The position numbers were made by a program, and so were the translations under genes. From Candidatus Latescibacterota bacterium (lineage in GTDB: Bacteria > Latescibacterota > UBA2968): DNA of 64,000 bases. Positions within the stretch are counted from its first letter, which is position 1, and each line of letters starts with the position of its first letter. Below the pieces are notes generated by a model, which saw nothing but the letters and a program-made list of their open reading frames with translations, was not told the DNA's origin and searched no databases. Positions 1 to 9,483 of the stretch are shown one piece after another. The stretch spans positions 1,664,001 to 1,728,000 of the forward strand of contig OZ220741.1 in NCBI GenBank assembly GCA_965116885.1, read 5' to 3'.

Positions 1-229
1 CGGCGCCGTTCCAGAAGATGGCGTTGATATCATCGGCAATTGCCGTGTATGAATCGCCCATCCCCACGGCACGCGCACCCTGTCCGATTTTCAAAAACTG
101 CATGCCTGCAATGTTGACTTTTTTAACACCTTCGATCGCGGTTACGCCTTCCCATTCAAGCCCCAGAGCGGGACTGGCGATCAGCAGCAGGCTCAGGAAC
201 GCTGTAAGTATGAGATTTTTTCGTTTCAC
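1..229 (-). CDS. PorV/PorQ family outer-membrane beta-barrel (5' part; runs off window start)
   Basis: Not in ORF track. Manual translation from GTG at 229 (RBS GGAGGAGGT upstream): VKRKNLILTAFLSLLLIASPALG..AGMQFLKIGQGARAVGMGDSYTAIADDINAIFWNGA = signal peptide plus PorV/FadL-like N-terminal motif. Confidence 0.85.
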   Translation of the reverse strand, partial: MKRKNLILTAFLSLLLIASPALGLEWEGVTAIEGVKKVNIAGMQFLKIGQGARAVGMGDSYTAIADDINAIFWNGA

Positions 230-247
230 AATGAATACCTCCTCCGG

Positions 248-2668
248 CTACTTGATCACTACAAAAGTACCGCGCTGAATCTTGTTTTCGCTGCCCGGGG
301 TTTCGGATACGACGACGAAGTAGTACAGTCCGGTCTGGATTTCGCCAGCCAGATTATACGTCACCTGCCGAAACTGGGCTTCGCCCCGGTCTGGATTATC
401 GTGCGTGATGGTATAGACCCTGTCGCCAGAAGCCGAAAAGATGTGGATTTTGCACTTTTGGGGAATCCCCACAAAGCGCAGATTTCGGCTTCTGGGATAG
501 TTATGCTTGTCATCCACAAAATAGGGATTTGGCACCACTGTCACCTTTCGGTCGAGCTGATCGGTTTCGGTGGTGGTCGGTTGGAAGGGTCGTCTGTCAT
601 CGGCGTCGTAGGTGCGCGCAGTGGCAGGTCCCCAACCGCTCTCGTATCCACCCGTGGCATTGGCACGCGCCCTGCCCGTGGGCAGATCTCCTATTGCCAT
701 TCCGCCACCCATCCAGTTGCTATATCCGCTGTTGTAGGGTCTCACCGAGTAGTGGTATGCAAACCCGGCGGCGGTATCCTGATCTTCATACGTGTATTTC
801 CCGCCAGCGAGCGACCACTGGCCGTTGAGGCTGGATCCACTTTGCCCTTTTAGCACGGTGTCGTGCAATTTCCAGGGACCCCATCCGAACCAGGTGGAGC
901 GATAGACGCGGTAGCCCGCGATGTCCTGTTGCCCGGTGTAGGGATTTACTGCCCGGTCAGAAGCGTCTGTCCATGAAATCTGTTGCCGGGCAAATCCACT
1001 GGAAGTCAGATCATCGGGACCGATAAATGCGTTCGTCGGTGCCGGTGGATGGTGGAAATTGGAATCGTAAATAAAGTGCGCAAGTTGTAAATTCTCAAAT
1101 GCCGCTTGTTCGCCCAGGGTTTTGAATTCCTGGATCTTTGTTTCTACCGACACATCCGAACGGTCCCAGGTCAGGATATCCTGGTTCTTTATCTGAGCCG
1201 GGTGACCGGCGACATAAGCCATCACGATCTTGGCGCTTTCGCCCGCCCGAAGCGTGTACGGACCATAGACTTGCGAGAAAATGTAAAATTTTCGGTCATC
1301 TACGTTGTTCTCGTTCGGGTTGTCTTTGGTTCCCCCTTTTAGCATGTCACCAAACATCTGGGACTCGGTGTCTTTTTCCGTATAGGGATCGTCAAAGTCG
1401 TCTTTGGATCGCGCCTGCCACCACTGCGCCGAGAAGGGCTGGTCGCCCTGTGGCTGGACGTATTTGCCCATGTCCCGGGTGTTAAAGGCGTGTAGCCCCG
1501 GTGCATCGGTAAACGCGATGGGTGCCATCACGATGTGTTGTGGTGCTCGAAGCTGGCCTTCGGTTGCATCAATCGCATCCGAATCGGTATGGCCCAGTCG
1601 TTTGAAATACGGGTCGCCCGTGTCGTCGTATGGAGACAATGGGTTGTCGGAATCGCGGAAAATGCTCGCCTTATACCCGGGGTCAAACGCACCTGTGTAG
1701 TTGCTCGCATCGGAATAAAAATAGATATCATCCACACCGCGACCACCCGACGTCACATAACCATCCCAACCAAAGGCTTGCAGAACGCCCATTGCTGCGG
1801 ATACCCAGGAATTTACAAACGAAAAATAGATATCGTGCTGGGTAGGCGTGCCGCCGGGATTGTCTTCTTGTCCATCCCCGTCGAAATCACCCGTATTGGT
1901 GAAGGTCAGATCGACGAGATAAAAATCGTCGAAGTCCGGATGGCTCCAATTATAGACCCGCCGCGTTACCTGAATGCCCTGCTTGATGTGTACCCAGCGG
2001 GTGATGATGGTCTCTTCGGGGAGCGACAGATCGATGATATACCCGTGGAGATTGTAGTTTGCGATTACGAGAGGAACAGACGAAGACGGATCCAGGTCTT
2101 TCGAAAAATAATACCCGGGGTCCGCTGTTGTTATACCTGGCCAGTAATTGGACAACCACGGCAAGTCTTCGCCACCGCTCCAACTGGCAATGGCGGTTCC
2201 GGTGCTTTCAGACACTGGCACAGGCTGCACGCCCCAGTGTTCTTCTTCGTTGCCTCTGGGATCATAGGGCAATGGACGAATAAAATCCTTGATCCACGGG
2301 GAGGCCCTCGGTCCGGTCAAGCTGATTTGCCCGTCGGACGTCATGATCCACAAGCCATCGCCCATCGAGGTTTTGTAGTCGTTGTACACCTGGGATTTTG
2401 GACCGCTTGTAAATTGCGACAACACTTGTCCGAAAGAACCCGGCCCCACGCCATTGTGGGGATAGGCGTTTCGGTCGCCGCCGCGGTTGATCTCGGGATT
2501 GCCTCCCTGGATACCCATGTTGTTCCAGGAATTGGAGATCAATGCCCTGGTGTTTTCCCTGAAAGGGACTGTGTTCGGGTCGAATTGCGCTGTGGCATCG
2601 GTAGCTATAATAGCTCCTACCGCTGCGCATATTGCGACCCATCCTGTAAAAATTTTAAATCGCGTCAT
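248..2668 (-). CDS. Secreted 806-aa protein with FN3-like region and T9SS type-A-like C-terminal domain
   Basis: Signal peptide (ATA-QF); AGYRVYRS..Y.Y.D..YHYSVRPY FN3-like motif; C-terminal VVPNPY..IHIFSASGDRV..GLYYFVV..GTFVVIK; RBS upstream. Confidence 0.8.
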   Translation of the reverse strand: MTRFKIFTGWVAICAAVGAIIATDATAQFDPNTVPFRENTRALISNSWNNMGIQGGNPEINRGGDRNAYPHNGVGPGSFGQVLSQFTSGPKSQVYNDYKTSMGDGLWIMTSDGQISLTGPRASPWIKDFIRPLPYDPRGNEEEHWGVQPVPVSESTGTAIASWSGGEDLPWLSNYWPGITTADPGYYFSKDLDPSSSVPLVIANYNLHGYIIDLSLPEETIITRWVHIKQGIQVTRRVYNWSHPDFDDFYLVDLTFTNTGDFDGDGQEDNPGGTPTQHDIYFSFVNSWVSAAMGVLQAFGWDGYVTSGGRGVDDIYFYSDASNYTGAFDPGYKASIFRDSDNPLSPYDDTGDPYFKRLGHTDSDAIDATEGQLRAPQHIVMAPIAFTDAPGLHAFNTRDMGKYVQPQGDQPFSAQWWQARSKDDFDDPYTEKDTESQMFGDMLKGGTKDNPNENNVDDRKFYIFSQVYGPYTLRAGESAKIVMAYVAGHPAQIKNQDILTWDRSDVSVETKIQEFKTLGEQAAFENLQLAHFIYDSNFHHPPAPTNAFIGPDDLTSSGFARQQISWTDASDRAVNPYTGQQDIAGYRVYRSTWFGWGPWKLHDTVLKGQSGSSLNGQWSLAGGKYTYEDQDTAAGFAYHYSVRPYNSGYSNWMGGGMAIGDLPTGRARANATGGYESGWGPATARTYDADDRRPFQPTTTETDQLDRKVTVVPNPYFVDDKHNYPRSRNLRFVGIPQKCKIHIFSASGDRVYTITHDNPDRGEAQFRQVTYNLAGEIQTGLYYFVVVSETPGSENKIQRGTFVVIK

Positions 2669-2740
2669 AGTATTCCTCGCCCTCCTTCAATGGGTTTCGG
2701 AAAGGGTATGCGAGTGGGCACGACCCACTCGCACAACCCG

Positions 2741-5700
2741 CTACCAGTTAAATCGCACGCCTACCTGGGTCAGCCTGGGTGTGCTCGCATAAGAGCGATC
2801 GCGCACATCGCCGTATTGCAGGTAGGTGCTGTCGGTCGGCCGGGGTCCGTCAACCCCGTAGTAGGTATAGTCATTCCTGTTGGTCGGGCTTGTCCGGTCT
2901 TTCTGATTGAACAGATTGCGTATATCCAGGAAGACCGAGGTCTGAACCCGGGACGTCATAGCAAAGGTCCTTTCCAGTGCCAGGTCTGTTCGAGAGTCCA
3001 TAGCCAGTTCGCGGTAGGGCCGCACGCCACCTTCTGGCGGGGCATAGCGGAACAATCCTCCCGTTTCGACCCGCGTGACCAGGTTGATGCGCATATTGCG
3101 CAATACCTTGCTGACGATGGCACCGCCCCGTTCGTAATCGGCAGGGAAAGATGCCAGCATTGAGGCACTGCCAAATTGCCGTCGATCTCCCGCACGAGGT
3201 TTCAGGAATAGCTGCGTATAACCGCCGGTGAGCAGGTAAACGCCTTTATCCTCGGGTACGCCCTCAGCGGGGCGCATGCCATCCCATTCGCCCGTACCCA
3301 GAATTCTGCCATAATACAGGGCATCACCATTCGATTCGAAGCGATTACCTGCTCGAACAGCGTATAGATCGATGTCTTCCTGCGACATCATTCTGGGGAT
3401 TTCGCTACCCGAAGAATGGCTGTCCCACTCCACCCACACATCGGGAACCGGCACGCCCAGCTCGGGATGCGTATAGGCAATATTAACAGCACCTTTTCTT
3501 ATGCCTTGTTCATCCATATAGGCTCTGCGTATCACATTGCCTCGCTTGCCCGTGGTGAATGACGCCCACTGGTAGTTGTAGGACAAATTGAATGAGAAAT
3601 TGTGGCTGAACCGCTTGCGCAATGCGAGTTCCACGCCCCGCGTATCCCCATAAGCACCGTTGTCCAGCGTGCGGGAATATCTCAGATGGCTGACGCGAGG
3701 TCCCCGCCAGTCTTCATTGGGATACCAGGTGAATTGCTCGACCTCGGAGCGATAATAAGCGGTTAGTGCTACGGTATAGTCCGAAACAAAGTTCCAGTCT
3801 GCACCCACTTCAAATGCCGTAGTTTTGGCGGGGCGCAACAGGTGCGTGCCATTTCGGCCGCTATAAGTGGTTTCGAGATTGTTGTAGCGTTCTGTATCGT
3901 CAATGCGGCCGTTGCCGTTGATATCTCTGTCTTCGGACTTGCCAGCTACCCAGAAGTCTTCGCCAAAGTAGAACCACAGATCGGCCCACTGCAGGTAAAC
4001 ACCTGACGAGAAGCGGAACTGCGCCCGTTCGGTGATGGGATGCGAAATCCCGATTCGGGGGCTAAACACCACGTGCCAGGGGGCTTGTGTTGACCATATT
4101 GACCCCTCATTATAGGCGTAATCTCGCGCCCGAGTATAGGTGCGAAGCATCTCGGAACCACGGAACCCGCCGTGCGTGATCCTGCGGGCATTGGGATTGA
4201 AGGCATCCATGCGCAATCCCAGGTTCACGATCATGCCTTCAAATTCCATCTTGTCCTGCACATAAGTATTGATGGAATACGGCTTGACGCCCTCGCCAAG
4301 TTGTCCCTCATCTGCTACAAACATCAGGTGTCGATCCGCAGGACTGGAATTGGCGATGATGGTCATCGCGATGTCCCGGCGCATAAATTCAATACCGCCC
4401 TTGAGCAGGTGGCCCTTTGTCACCTGAGAGGTCAGATCTACTTTAATACCCAGGCGATTGCGGTCGCCCACTTTCCAGCGGGCTGCGACTCGCCCGGTGT
4501 TAAACCAGTTGGCGTCGCCCCTGTTGTTGGCCGATGTTGCCTGATATACGCCGCTGGTATCTGTTAATGAGCGGCTGCGCGACACGCGCACTTCGTAAAA
4601 TGTTTTGGGCGAGAGCGTGTGGGTCACAACCAGATATTGCATTTCTTCGCTTTCTATGCGCCTTCCGGCTGCCGACCAATCTGTGGGCAAAAACAGATCT
4701 CTACCGCCATTGCCCAGGCCCCGATGCACGCCCGGAACCGAATCTGCAGTGCGGATCCAGGGATCGGCAACCCCGTCAGACCAGTATTCCCATCCCTGGT
4801 AAAGCCCGCCCAGCTTGAGCTTCAGATTTGGGCTTGGCCTGAAGGTGAAGCTGCCGGAGAGCGTCAGGTTGTCCGGTCCTGTGGGGATAAATTTGTTGAC
4901 GTCGTTATAAAATCCGGTCTGTTTGGATCCCGGATAGCGATTGGCCAGGCGGCCGTGTTTTGCCGTGGCGACAAAGGAGACATTGGTGCCAATGGGACCC
5001 GAGAGATTTGCCTCTGCATCCCAACCGCTGACTTCTGTGTAGTCTTCCCGGATATGCAGGGGTTCGCCAGCCAAATCTGTTAGCGTCATGTTGTTCAAAC
5101 CCAAATCGGGCCTGCGTTCCGTCAGCCAGTCGGGGTTGTCCCACTGCATTTTGTCCTGATGTTGGGGGGCGTCATAGACATTCATACCCCAGTGTTTTTT
5201 CCCGGCAGGCTCATAGCGAAATTCGCCCCAGCCATTGTACTGATTGCCACCGTCTTTTGTCACGATTTGTACAACACCGGCCTGTGCATTGCCAAATTCG
5301 GCGGGTGTTACGCCAGTGAGTACTGACAATTCCTGGATCGCTCCGCGGTTCACGGTTCGGAATTGTCCGCCAGCACCTCGACCATCGTTGTAGTTGATCC
5401 GTATGCCATCTACCATATAGGCAACGTCGCTACCCCAGGCTACTTCGCTGGAACTGGCGCCACTGCCACCGCGGCTACCGCGCAAGCGGTTGGCACCATC
5501 TACGGATACACCGGGTTGTAGTTGCAAAATTTCGGATGTGCTGCGCACGATGCTCAAAAGGCGTTCGGTTTCTTCGACAGTTACGGTGTATTTACTCGTG
5601 GTTTTGTCCGGTTCTACGAGTGGACGTTCGGCAACGACGACCAGTTCGCCGAGTTCGACAGCGGCTTCTTTGAGCGTGAAATTCACTGTGACAGTCTGAT

Positions 5701-5989
5701 CGACGATGATCAGGACGTCTTGAACCAGAACGGTCTCATAACCGACGAGCGAGCCGGTAAGGGTGACGCGCCCCGGGTCTGCCTGGATAATTGCGTAGTA
5801 TCCATCGGCATCGGTGACAGCGCCGCGCTGGGTGCCTCTAATGACGACGTTGGCGCCCGGCAGTGGCTGCCCGTTGGCATCTTTAACGACCCCGTTGACC
5901 TTACCCGTGCTGCCCGCCCACAGGTCGCCGGTTCCCGCAAATAGGAAACCGACGGCTATCAAACTGAAAAACAACAGTCTGTGCTTCAT
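2741..5989 (-). CDS. TonB-dependent receptor with N-terminal carboxypeptidase-regulatory-like domain
   Basis: Signal peptide; GKVNGVVKDANGQPLPGANVVI..G..TDADGYY; plug motifs LQLQPGV and AEFGNAQAGVVQIVTK; YVQDKMEFEGMIVNLGLR; FSPRIGISHPI; ends in RFNW. Confidence 0.93.
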   Translation of the reverse strand: MKHRLLFFSLIAVGFLFAGTGDLWAGSTGKVNGVVKDANGQPLPGANVVIRGTQRGAVTDADGYYAIIQADPGRVTLTGSLVGYETVLVQDVLIIVDQTVTVNFTLKEAAVELGELVVVAERPLVEPDKTTSKYTVTVEETERLLSIVRSTSEILQLQPGVSVDGANRLRGSRGGSGASSSEVAWGSDVAYMVDGIRINYNDGRGAGGQFRTVNRGAIQELSVLTGVTPAEFGNAQAGVVQIVTKDGGNQYNGWGEFRYEPAGKKHWGMNVYDAPQHQDKMQWDNPDWLTERRPDLGLNNMTLTDLAGEPLHIREDYTEVSGWDAEANLSGPIGTNVSFVATAKHGRLANRYPGSKQTGFYNDVNKFIPTGPDNLTLSGSFTFRPSPNLKLKLGGLYQGWEYWSDGVADPWIRTADSVPGVHRGLGNGGRDLFLPTDWSAAGRRIESEEMQYLVVTHTLSPKTFYEVRVSRSRSLTDTSGVYQATSANNRGDANWFNTGRVAARWKVGDRNRLGIKVDLTSQVTKGHLLKGGIEFMRRDIAMTIIANSSPADRHLMFVADEGQLGEGVKPYSINTYVQDKMEFEGMIVNLGLRMDAFNPNARRITHGGFRGSEMLRTYTRARDYAYNEGSIWSTQAPWHVVFSPRIGISHPITERAQFRFSSGVYLQWADLWFYFGEDFWVAGKSEDRDINGNGRIDDTERYNNLETTYSGRNGTHLLRPAKTTAFEVGADWNFVSDYTVALTAYYRSEVEQFTWYPNEDWRGPRVSHLRYSRTLDNGAYGDTRGVELALRKRFSHNFSFNLSYNYQWASFTTGKRGNVIRRAYMDEQGIRKGAVNIAYTHPELGVPVPDVWVEWDSHSSGSEIPRMMSQEDIDLYAVRAGNRFESNGDALYYGRILGTGEWDGMRPAEGVPEDKGVYLLTGGYTQLFLKPRAGDRRQFGSASMLASFPADYERGGAIVSKVLRNMRINLVTRVETGGLFRYAPPEGGVRPYRELAMDSRTDLALERTFAMTSRVQTSVFLDIRNLFNQKDRTSPTNRNDYTYYGVDGPRPTDSTYLQYGDVRDRSYASTPRLTQVGVRFNW

Positions 5990-6017
5990 AGCACGACCTC
6001 CTTAAAGGGTAAATGGT

Positions 6018-6731
6018 TTAACGCCAGAAATAAAACTTAACTCCGGCACCTATATCGAAAAACATTAACGGACGAGCGCGTTCCAGGTCGTAAAAGAGCA
6101 TGGGTCTCAATTCGCCCACTACGAAATTTAAGCGCCCGCGTACATCCAGGCTGATATTGTCGGTGACAAATGCCTCCATACCCGCACCCGTGGTGAGTGC
6201 AATGGTGGTGCGTTTGTCAACTTGCGGATCCATTACTGTATTTAAGTCTATTGGATCGCTGGTTTGAGCCGGCCATACCAGATTGCTATTTTCGGCGTTA
6301 TAACGAAAAAAGCCACCGCCGAGGGCTATGTAATGGCGATAGTCTTTTGCCCGAAATCCGTGTTGTCGATTTTCCTCACCCACAAAGACGAGCGCGTTTA
6401 CGGCTACGCTGTTGAAGGTCATTGTCGATGAAGCGTTGGGGCTGGTATATTCAAGGCCGTCAATCGGATATACAAATGGTTTGGACGCCAGTTTCCCGTT
6501 GTCGAATTTGGAATAGTGGTATTCCACTTCAACGGTCACGAGGTCGCTGGCTACATAGTTCACGTTTATGCCGTATTTCCCCGTCTGGTCGTAGCGGTCC
6601 CGCAAATTGGACAGGGGGACGTGGTAATTGGCAAATCCACCAAGCCCCCATCCGTTCTGCTGGGCAAACAAATCTCCCGGTACAAGTACCAATAATACGC
6701 CCACCAGGAAAGTAGTCAATGTGCGTATCAT
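6018..6731 (-). CDS. Outer-membrane beta-barrel protein (OmpA/OMP_b-brl-like)
   Basis: ATG 6731 with AAAGGAG RBS; signal peptide ending LFA-Q; alternating beta strands; C-terminal DIGAGVKFYFWR. Confidence 0.75.
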   Translation of the reverse strand: MIRTLTTFLVGVLLVLVPGDLFAQQNGWGLGGFANYHVPLSNLRDRYDQTGKYGINVNYVASDLVTVEVEYHYSKFDNGKLASKPFVYPIDGLEYTSPNASSTMTFNSVAVNALVFVGEENRQHGFRAKDYRHYIALGGGFFRYNAENSNLVWPAQTSDPIDLNTVMDPQVDKRTTIALTTGAGMEAFVTDNISLDVRGRLNFVVGELRPMLFYDLERARPLMFFDIGAGVKFYFWR

Positions 6732-6930
6732 AAACGCTCCTTTCTGCAGCTCAAAACTGCGGTGATGCAATTCTCTGTTATACGCTTGACGAGATACTAC
6801 AATGTGTTGACCCGGATTATTCAGTGCATTGGCCTCACCCCATTTCTTTGTTTAGAAATTTTAATAAAAGGTTAAAGAAAAACTTAATAATACTTAAAAA
6901 AACAACAATTTATACATAGTATTTCAGGTC

Positions 6931-6960
6931 ATGATAGCCCCATTTATATACACATGTCAA
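6931..6960 (-). promoter_or_regulatory. Sigma70-type promoter for OMP-TBDR-CTD-PorV operon
   Basis: Minus strand TTGACA-18 nt-TATCAT in an AT-rich intergenic region. Confidence 0.55.
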
Positions 6961-7020
6961 GCCTTTTTTGATTCGATTGTAATCTTTTGTAAAAAAATTT
7001 TCAAATCCTGTTGCGTGCTA

Positions 7021-8526
7021 TCAGGACGTCAATTTGTCGAACAGGTGTTTTACCTCTTCTTCTTTTTCCGGGGTGCGCGTTCCGATCCATCCTTCGCCGA
7101 AATACAAACACAAGCCGACTATGATTTCGCCTCCGGTATAGATTGCGAAATTGTCCGTTATTTGTACGAGGATGGCGTAGGTCAGCAGCCCGCCTGCGAG
7201 GGCGAATATCGCGCCCCGCGCTGTGGGTTTTCGGAAGAGCATGCCGAACATGAGCGGTATTGCTATGGGGGATAGGAGCGCTCCAAATATCTGGACAGTT
7301 GCCGTGAATACTTTTTCTGCTCCTTTGCTTTCAGTGATGATAATGCCTGTGATGATGATGGCTATTCCAAAGATCAATGTGACGATTTTTCCGACGCGGA
7401 AGAGTGTCTGCTGTGTCCATTCGCGCTTGATGTTGCGCTGATAGATGTCTTTTGTGAATACGGCGGCGAGCGCGTTGAGGTCGCTGTCGATCATGGACAT
7501 GGTGGCGGCAAACATGGAGCAGATGAGGAGGCCTATTAATCCGGGCATTAGTCCGGAGAGCATGTGTTGGGCCATTAATACGTAGGTTTGCTGGAGGTCA
7601 AAGCCGGGCAGGGGCGCGAGCGTTACGGGGTCGAAATATTCGGTGAGTAATAAGGGCGCGGCCCAGCCGGGTACGAAGATGACGATGGGATATAGCAGGT
7701 AGAGGAATCCCGAGAGGAGCGCGGCTTTTTGGGTGTCTCGTGGGTCGGATACGGATATAAATCGCTGCGCTAATCCCCAGGTGGCGCCGTTATAACTGAA
7801 GATTACGACGATTAGATAGACAAACCAGAAGTCTATCCCAATGCCCGCTTCTGCGTTGAAGAATGCGCCTCGTTCGGCGGGTAGCTGTTCCCACAGGGGG
7901 TTCCATCCTCCGATGTTGTCGAGTACGAGATAGAGGACGATTGTGCTGATTACGAGCTGGACGACAAATTGGATCAGGTCGGTTAATACCGCGGCCCACA
8001 GTCCGCCTATGAGGACATAAACTACGGTGATTATGCCTGCGACCAGTACGACGGGCAATACTGCCCAGCCCGTGACGGTTTGTACGACGACGGAGATCGC
8101 GTAGAGTTTGATTCCGAGGTCTATAAATTTGACGCCGATGCCACAGAATGCGACCAAAAAGCGCACGGAGTTGCCGTATCGCGCTTCGAGATATTCTACG
8201 GGTGTGAGCACTTTGAGGCGAGACCATCGCGGTGCCCATACGAGGCAGCCGATCATCATGGCGATAAAACACGATAGGGAGAATAGCGTCCACATGCTGA
8301 ATCCAGCGGTTGCCGCCCGTCCCGCAAAGCCCACAAAGACGACGGCGCTGTATCCGGAGACATGGTGGGATATGGCGGCCATCCACCAGGGCAGGTTGTG
8401 GCCGGCGGCAAAGTACGCATCTACGTCCTGCGATTTTCGTTTGGCAATGCCGCCGATCCAGGCCATGAGCAAGGCGTAGAGGAAGATGACGACAAAGTCT
8501 GTGGGTGATAGCATGTTCATGTCCAT
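7021..8526 (-). CDS. Sodium:solute symporter (SSS) family protein
   Basis: Many hydrophobic TM segments; YFAAGHNLPWW, TPVEYLEARYG, GGLWAAVLTDLIQF, QRFISV, AATMSMIDSDLN motifs. Confidence 0.92.
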   Translation of the reverse strand: MDMNMLSPTDFVVIFLYALLMAWIGGIAKRKSQDVDAYFAAGHNLPWWMAAISHHVSGYSAVVFVGFAGRAATAGFSMWTLFSLSCFIAMMIGCLVWAPRWSRLKVLTPVEYLEARYGNSVRFLVAFCGIGVKFIDLGIKLYAISVVVQTVTGWAVLPVVLVAGIITVVYVLIGGLWAAVLTDLIQFVVQLVISTIVLYLVLDNIGGWNPLWEQLPAERGAFFNAEAGIGIDFWFVYLIVVIFSYNGATWGLAQRFISVSDPRDTQKAALLSGFLYLLYPIVIFVPGWAAPLLLTEYFDPVTLAPLPGFDLQQTYVLMAQHMLSGLMPGLIGLLICSMFAATMSMIDSDLNALAAVFTKDIYQRNIKREWTQQTLFRVGKIVTLIFGIAIIITGIIITESKGAEKVFTATVQIFGALLSPIAIPLMFGMLFRKPTARGAIFALAGGLLTYAILVQITDNFAIYTGGEIIVGLCLYFGEGWIGTRTPEKEEEVKHLFDKLTS

Positions 8527-8616
8527 TCAACGGAACGGGGTATGAAGGCGAGTAATTACTGACGTTGTGCTTCGCGTGCGAGCATGACTGCGCCAGCAGT
8601 TCATCAGCGAATCAAT

Positions 8617-8643
8617 GTAGGGGCGGTGCCCCTGTGCCCGCCC
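8617..8643 (+). repeat. GTAG-family REP palindrome
   Basis: GTAGGGGCGGTGCCCCTGTGCCCGCCC; related copies at 11914, 59806, 62479 and elsewhere. Confidence 0.75.
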
Positions 8644-8662
8644 GTTAGGTGGCGGAGCGGGG

Positions 8663-8710
8663 TTCGTCTATTCGTTGATTCGTCTATTCGTTGATTCGTC
8701 TATTCGTCTA
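8663..8710. repeat. 8-bp tandem repeat array (TTCGTCTA/TTCGTTGA)
   Basis: Six units; overlaps the stop codon of the upstream hydrolase gene. Confidence 0.85.
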
Positions 8711-9473
8711 ATCCCGCGATTAGTTCCTCCGATGTCAGAGAATAGTGTCCGAACATTTCCAGGAAGAGTACGGCTCCCCGCGTCTGTCCAAGGTTTTCGT
8801 GTGTTTCAAAAGATTCCATTCCCGTGGTGCAGTCCCGAAGGAGGATGATTTCATATCCGCGGCGGCCCATTGCGAGGGTTCCGTAGTCTCTCATCAAGAT
8901 GCAGGCGTTGGTATTGAAGCCGAGATAGAAGAGGAAGAGTATGCCGTGTTGTTTGCACCAGCGGTGGAGTTCTTCGCCGGTGGAGATGACGGCTTCTTTG
9001 CCTTCGACCTGTACGAGGGGATGCATTGCGAGTCTGGCGCGAGTTTCAGTGAGTTCTTCTTCGCGCGGTTCTATGGGTCGCGCATAGTGTTCATATATTC
9101 CCGTTTTGCCGCGAAAGGCGGTGGGGGGCCAGTTGTTTTTGGATTTGGTGGATGTTTCTCCCTTTTCGATCAGGTTCACCCAGGATGGATGCGCTTCAGC
9201 CAGACGAGGTGCCGGGGCGTGGACGATGGGCATTTCCGCTTTTCGACAGGCGTTCAGGAGGGGGACGATGTTGTTGCGTACGATTTCCTCGGATCGAGCT
9301 TCTGTGTCTTTCAGGTAGTGATGCGACCAGATATCGACGAGGACGAGTGCTGTTTGCGCGAGTGGGATTTTCCAGTTGAGGTGGTCATAGCCCGTGTTCT
9401 TTTCGATCCAGACTACGCCTTTGTCAACGTGCCAGCGGTAGTAGCGAGGGGCGATGGTTATTTTGTTTTTCAT
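8700..9473 (-). CDS. Isochorismatase-family cysteine hydrolase
   Basis: TALVLVDIW (catalytic Asp), PIVHAP, YLGFNTNACI (catalytic Cys), ILLRDCT. Confidence 0.82.
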   Translation of the reverse strand: MKNKITIAPRYYRWHVDKGVVWIEKNTGYDHLNWKIPLAQTALVLVDIWSHHYLKDTEARSEEIVRNNIVPLLNACRKAEMPIVHAPAPRLAEAHPSWVNLIEKGETSTKSKNNWPPTAFRGKTGIYEHYARPIEPREEELTETRARLAMHPLVQVEGKEAVISTGEELHRWCKQHGILFLFYLGFNTNACILMRDYGTLAMGRRGYEIILLRDCTTGMESFETHENLGQTRGAVLFLEMFGHYSLTSEELIAGLDE

Positions 9474-9483
9474 GTATTCTCCT

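Noticed and set aside
2716..2744. Possible GTAG REP between TBDR and CTD genes
   Set aside because: Stem is weak and does not match the other REP subfamilies.
1535..3163. 542-aa plus-strand ORF
   Set aside because: Antisense shadow of the CTD protein and TBDR genes; no motifs.
8663..8710. Short repeats as a possible CRISPR array
   Set aside because: 8-bp tandem units without unique spacers; no cas genes in the window.
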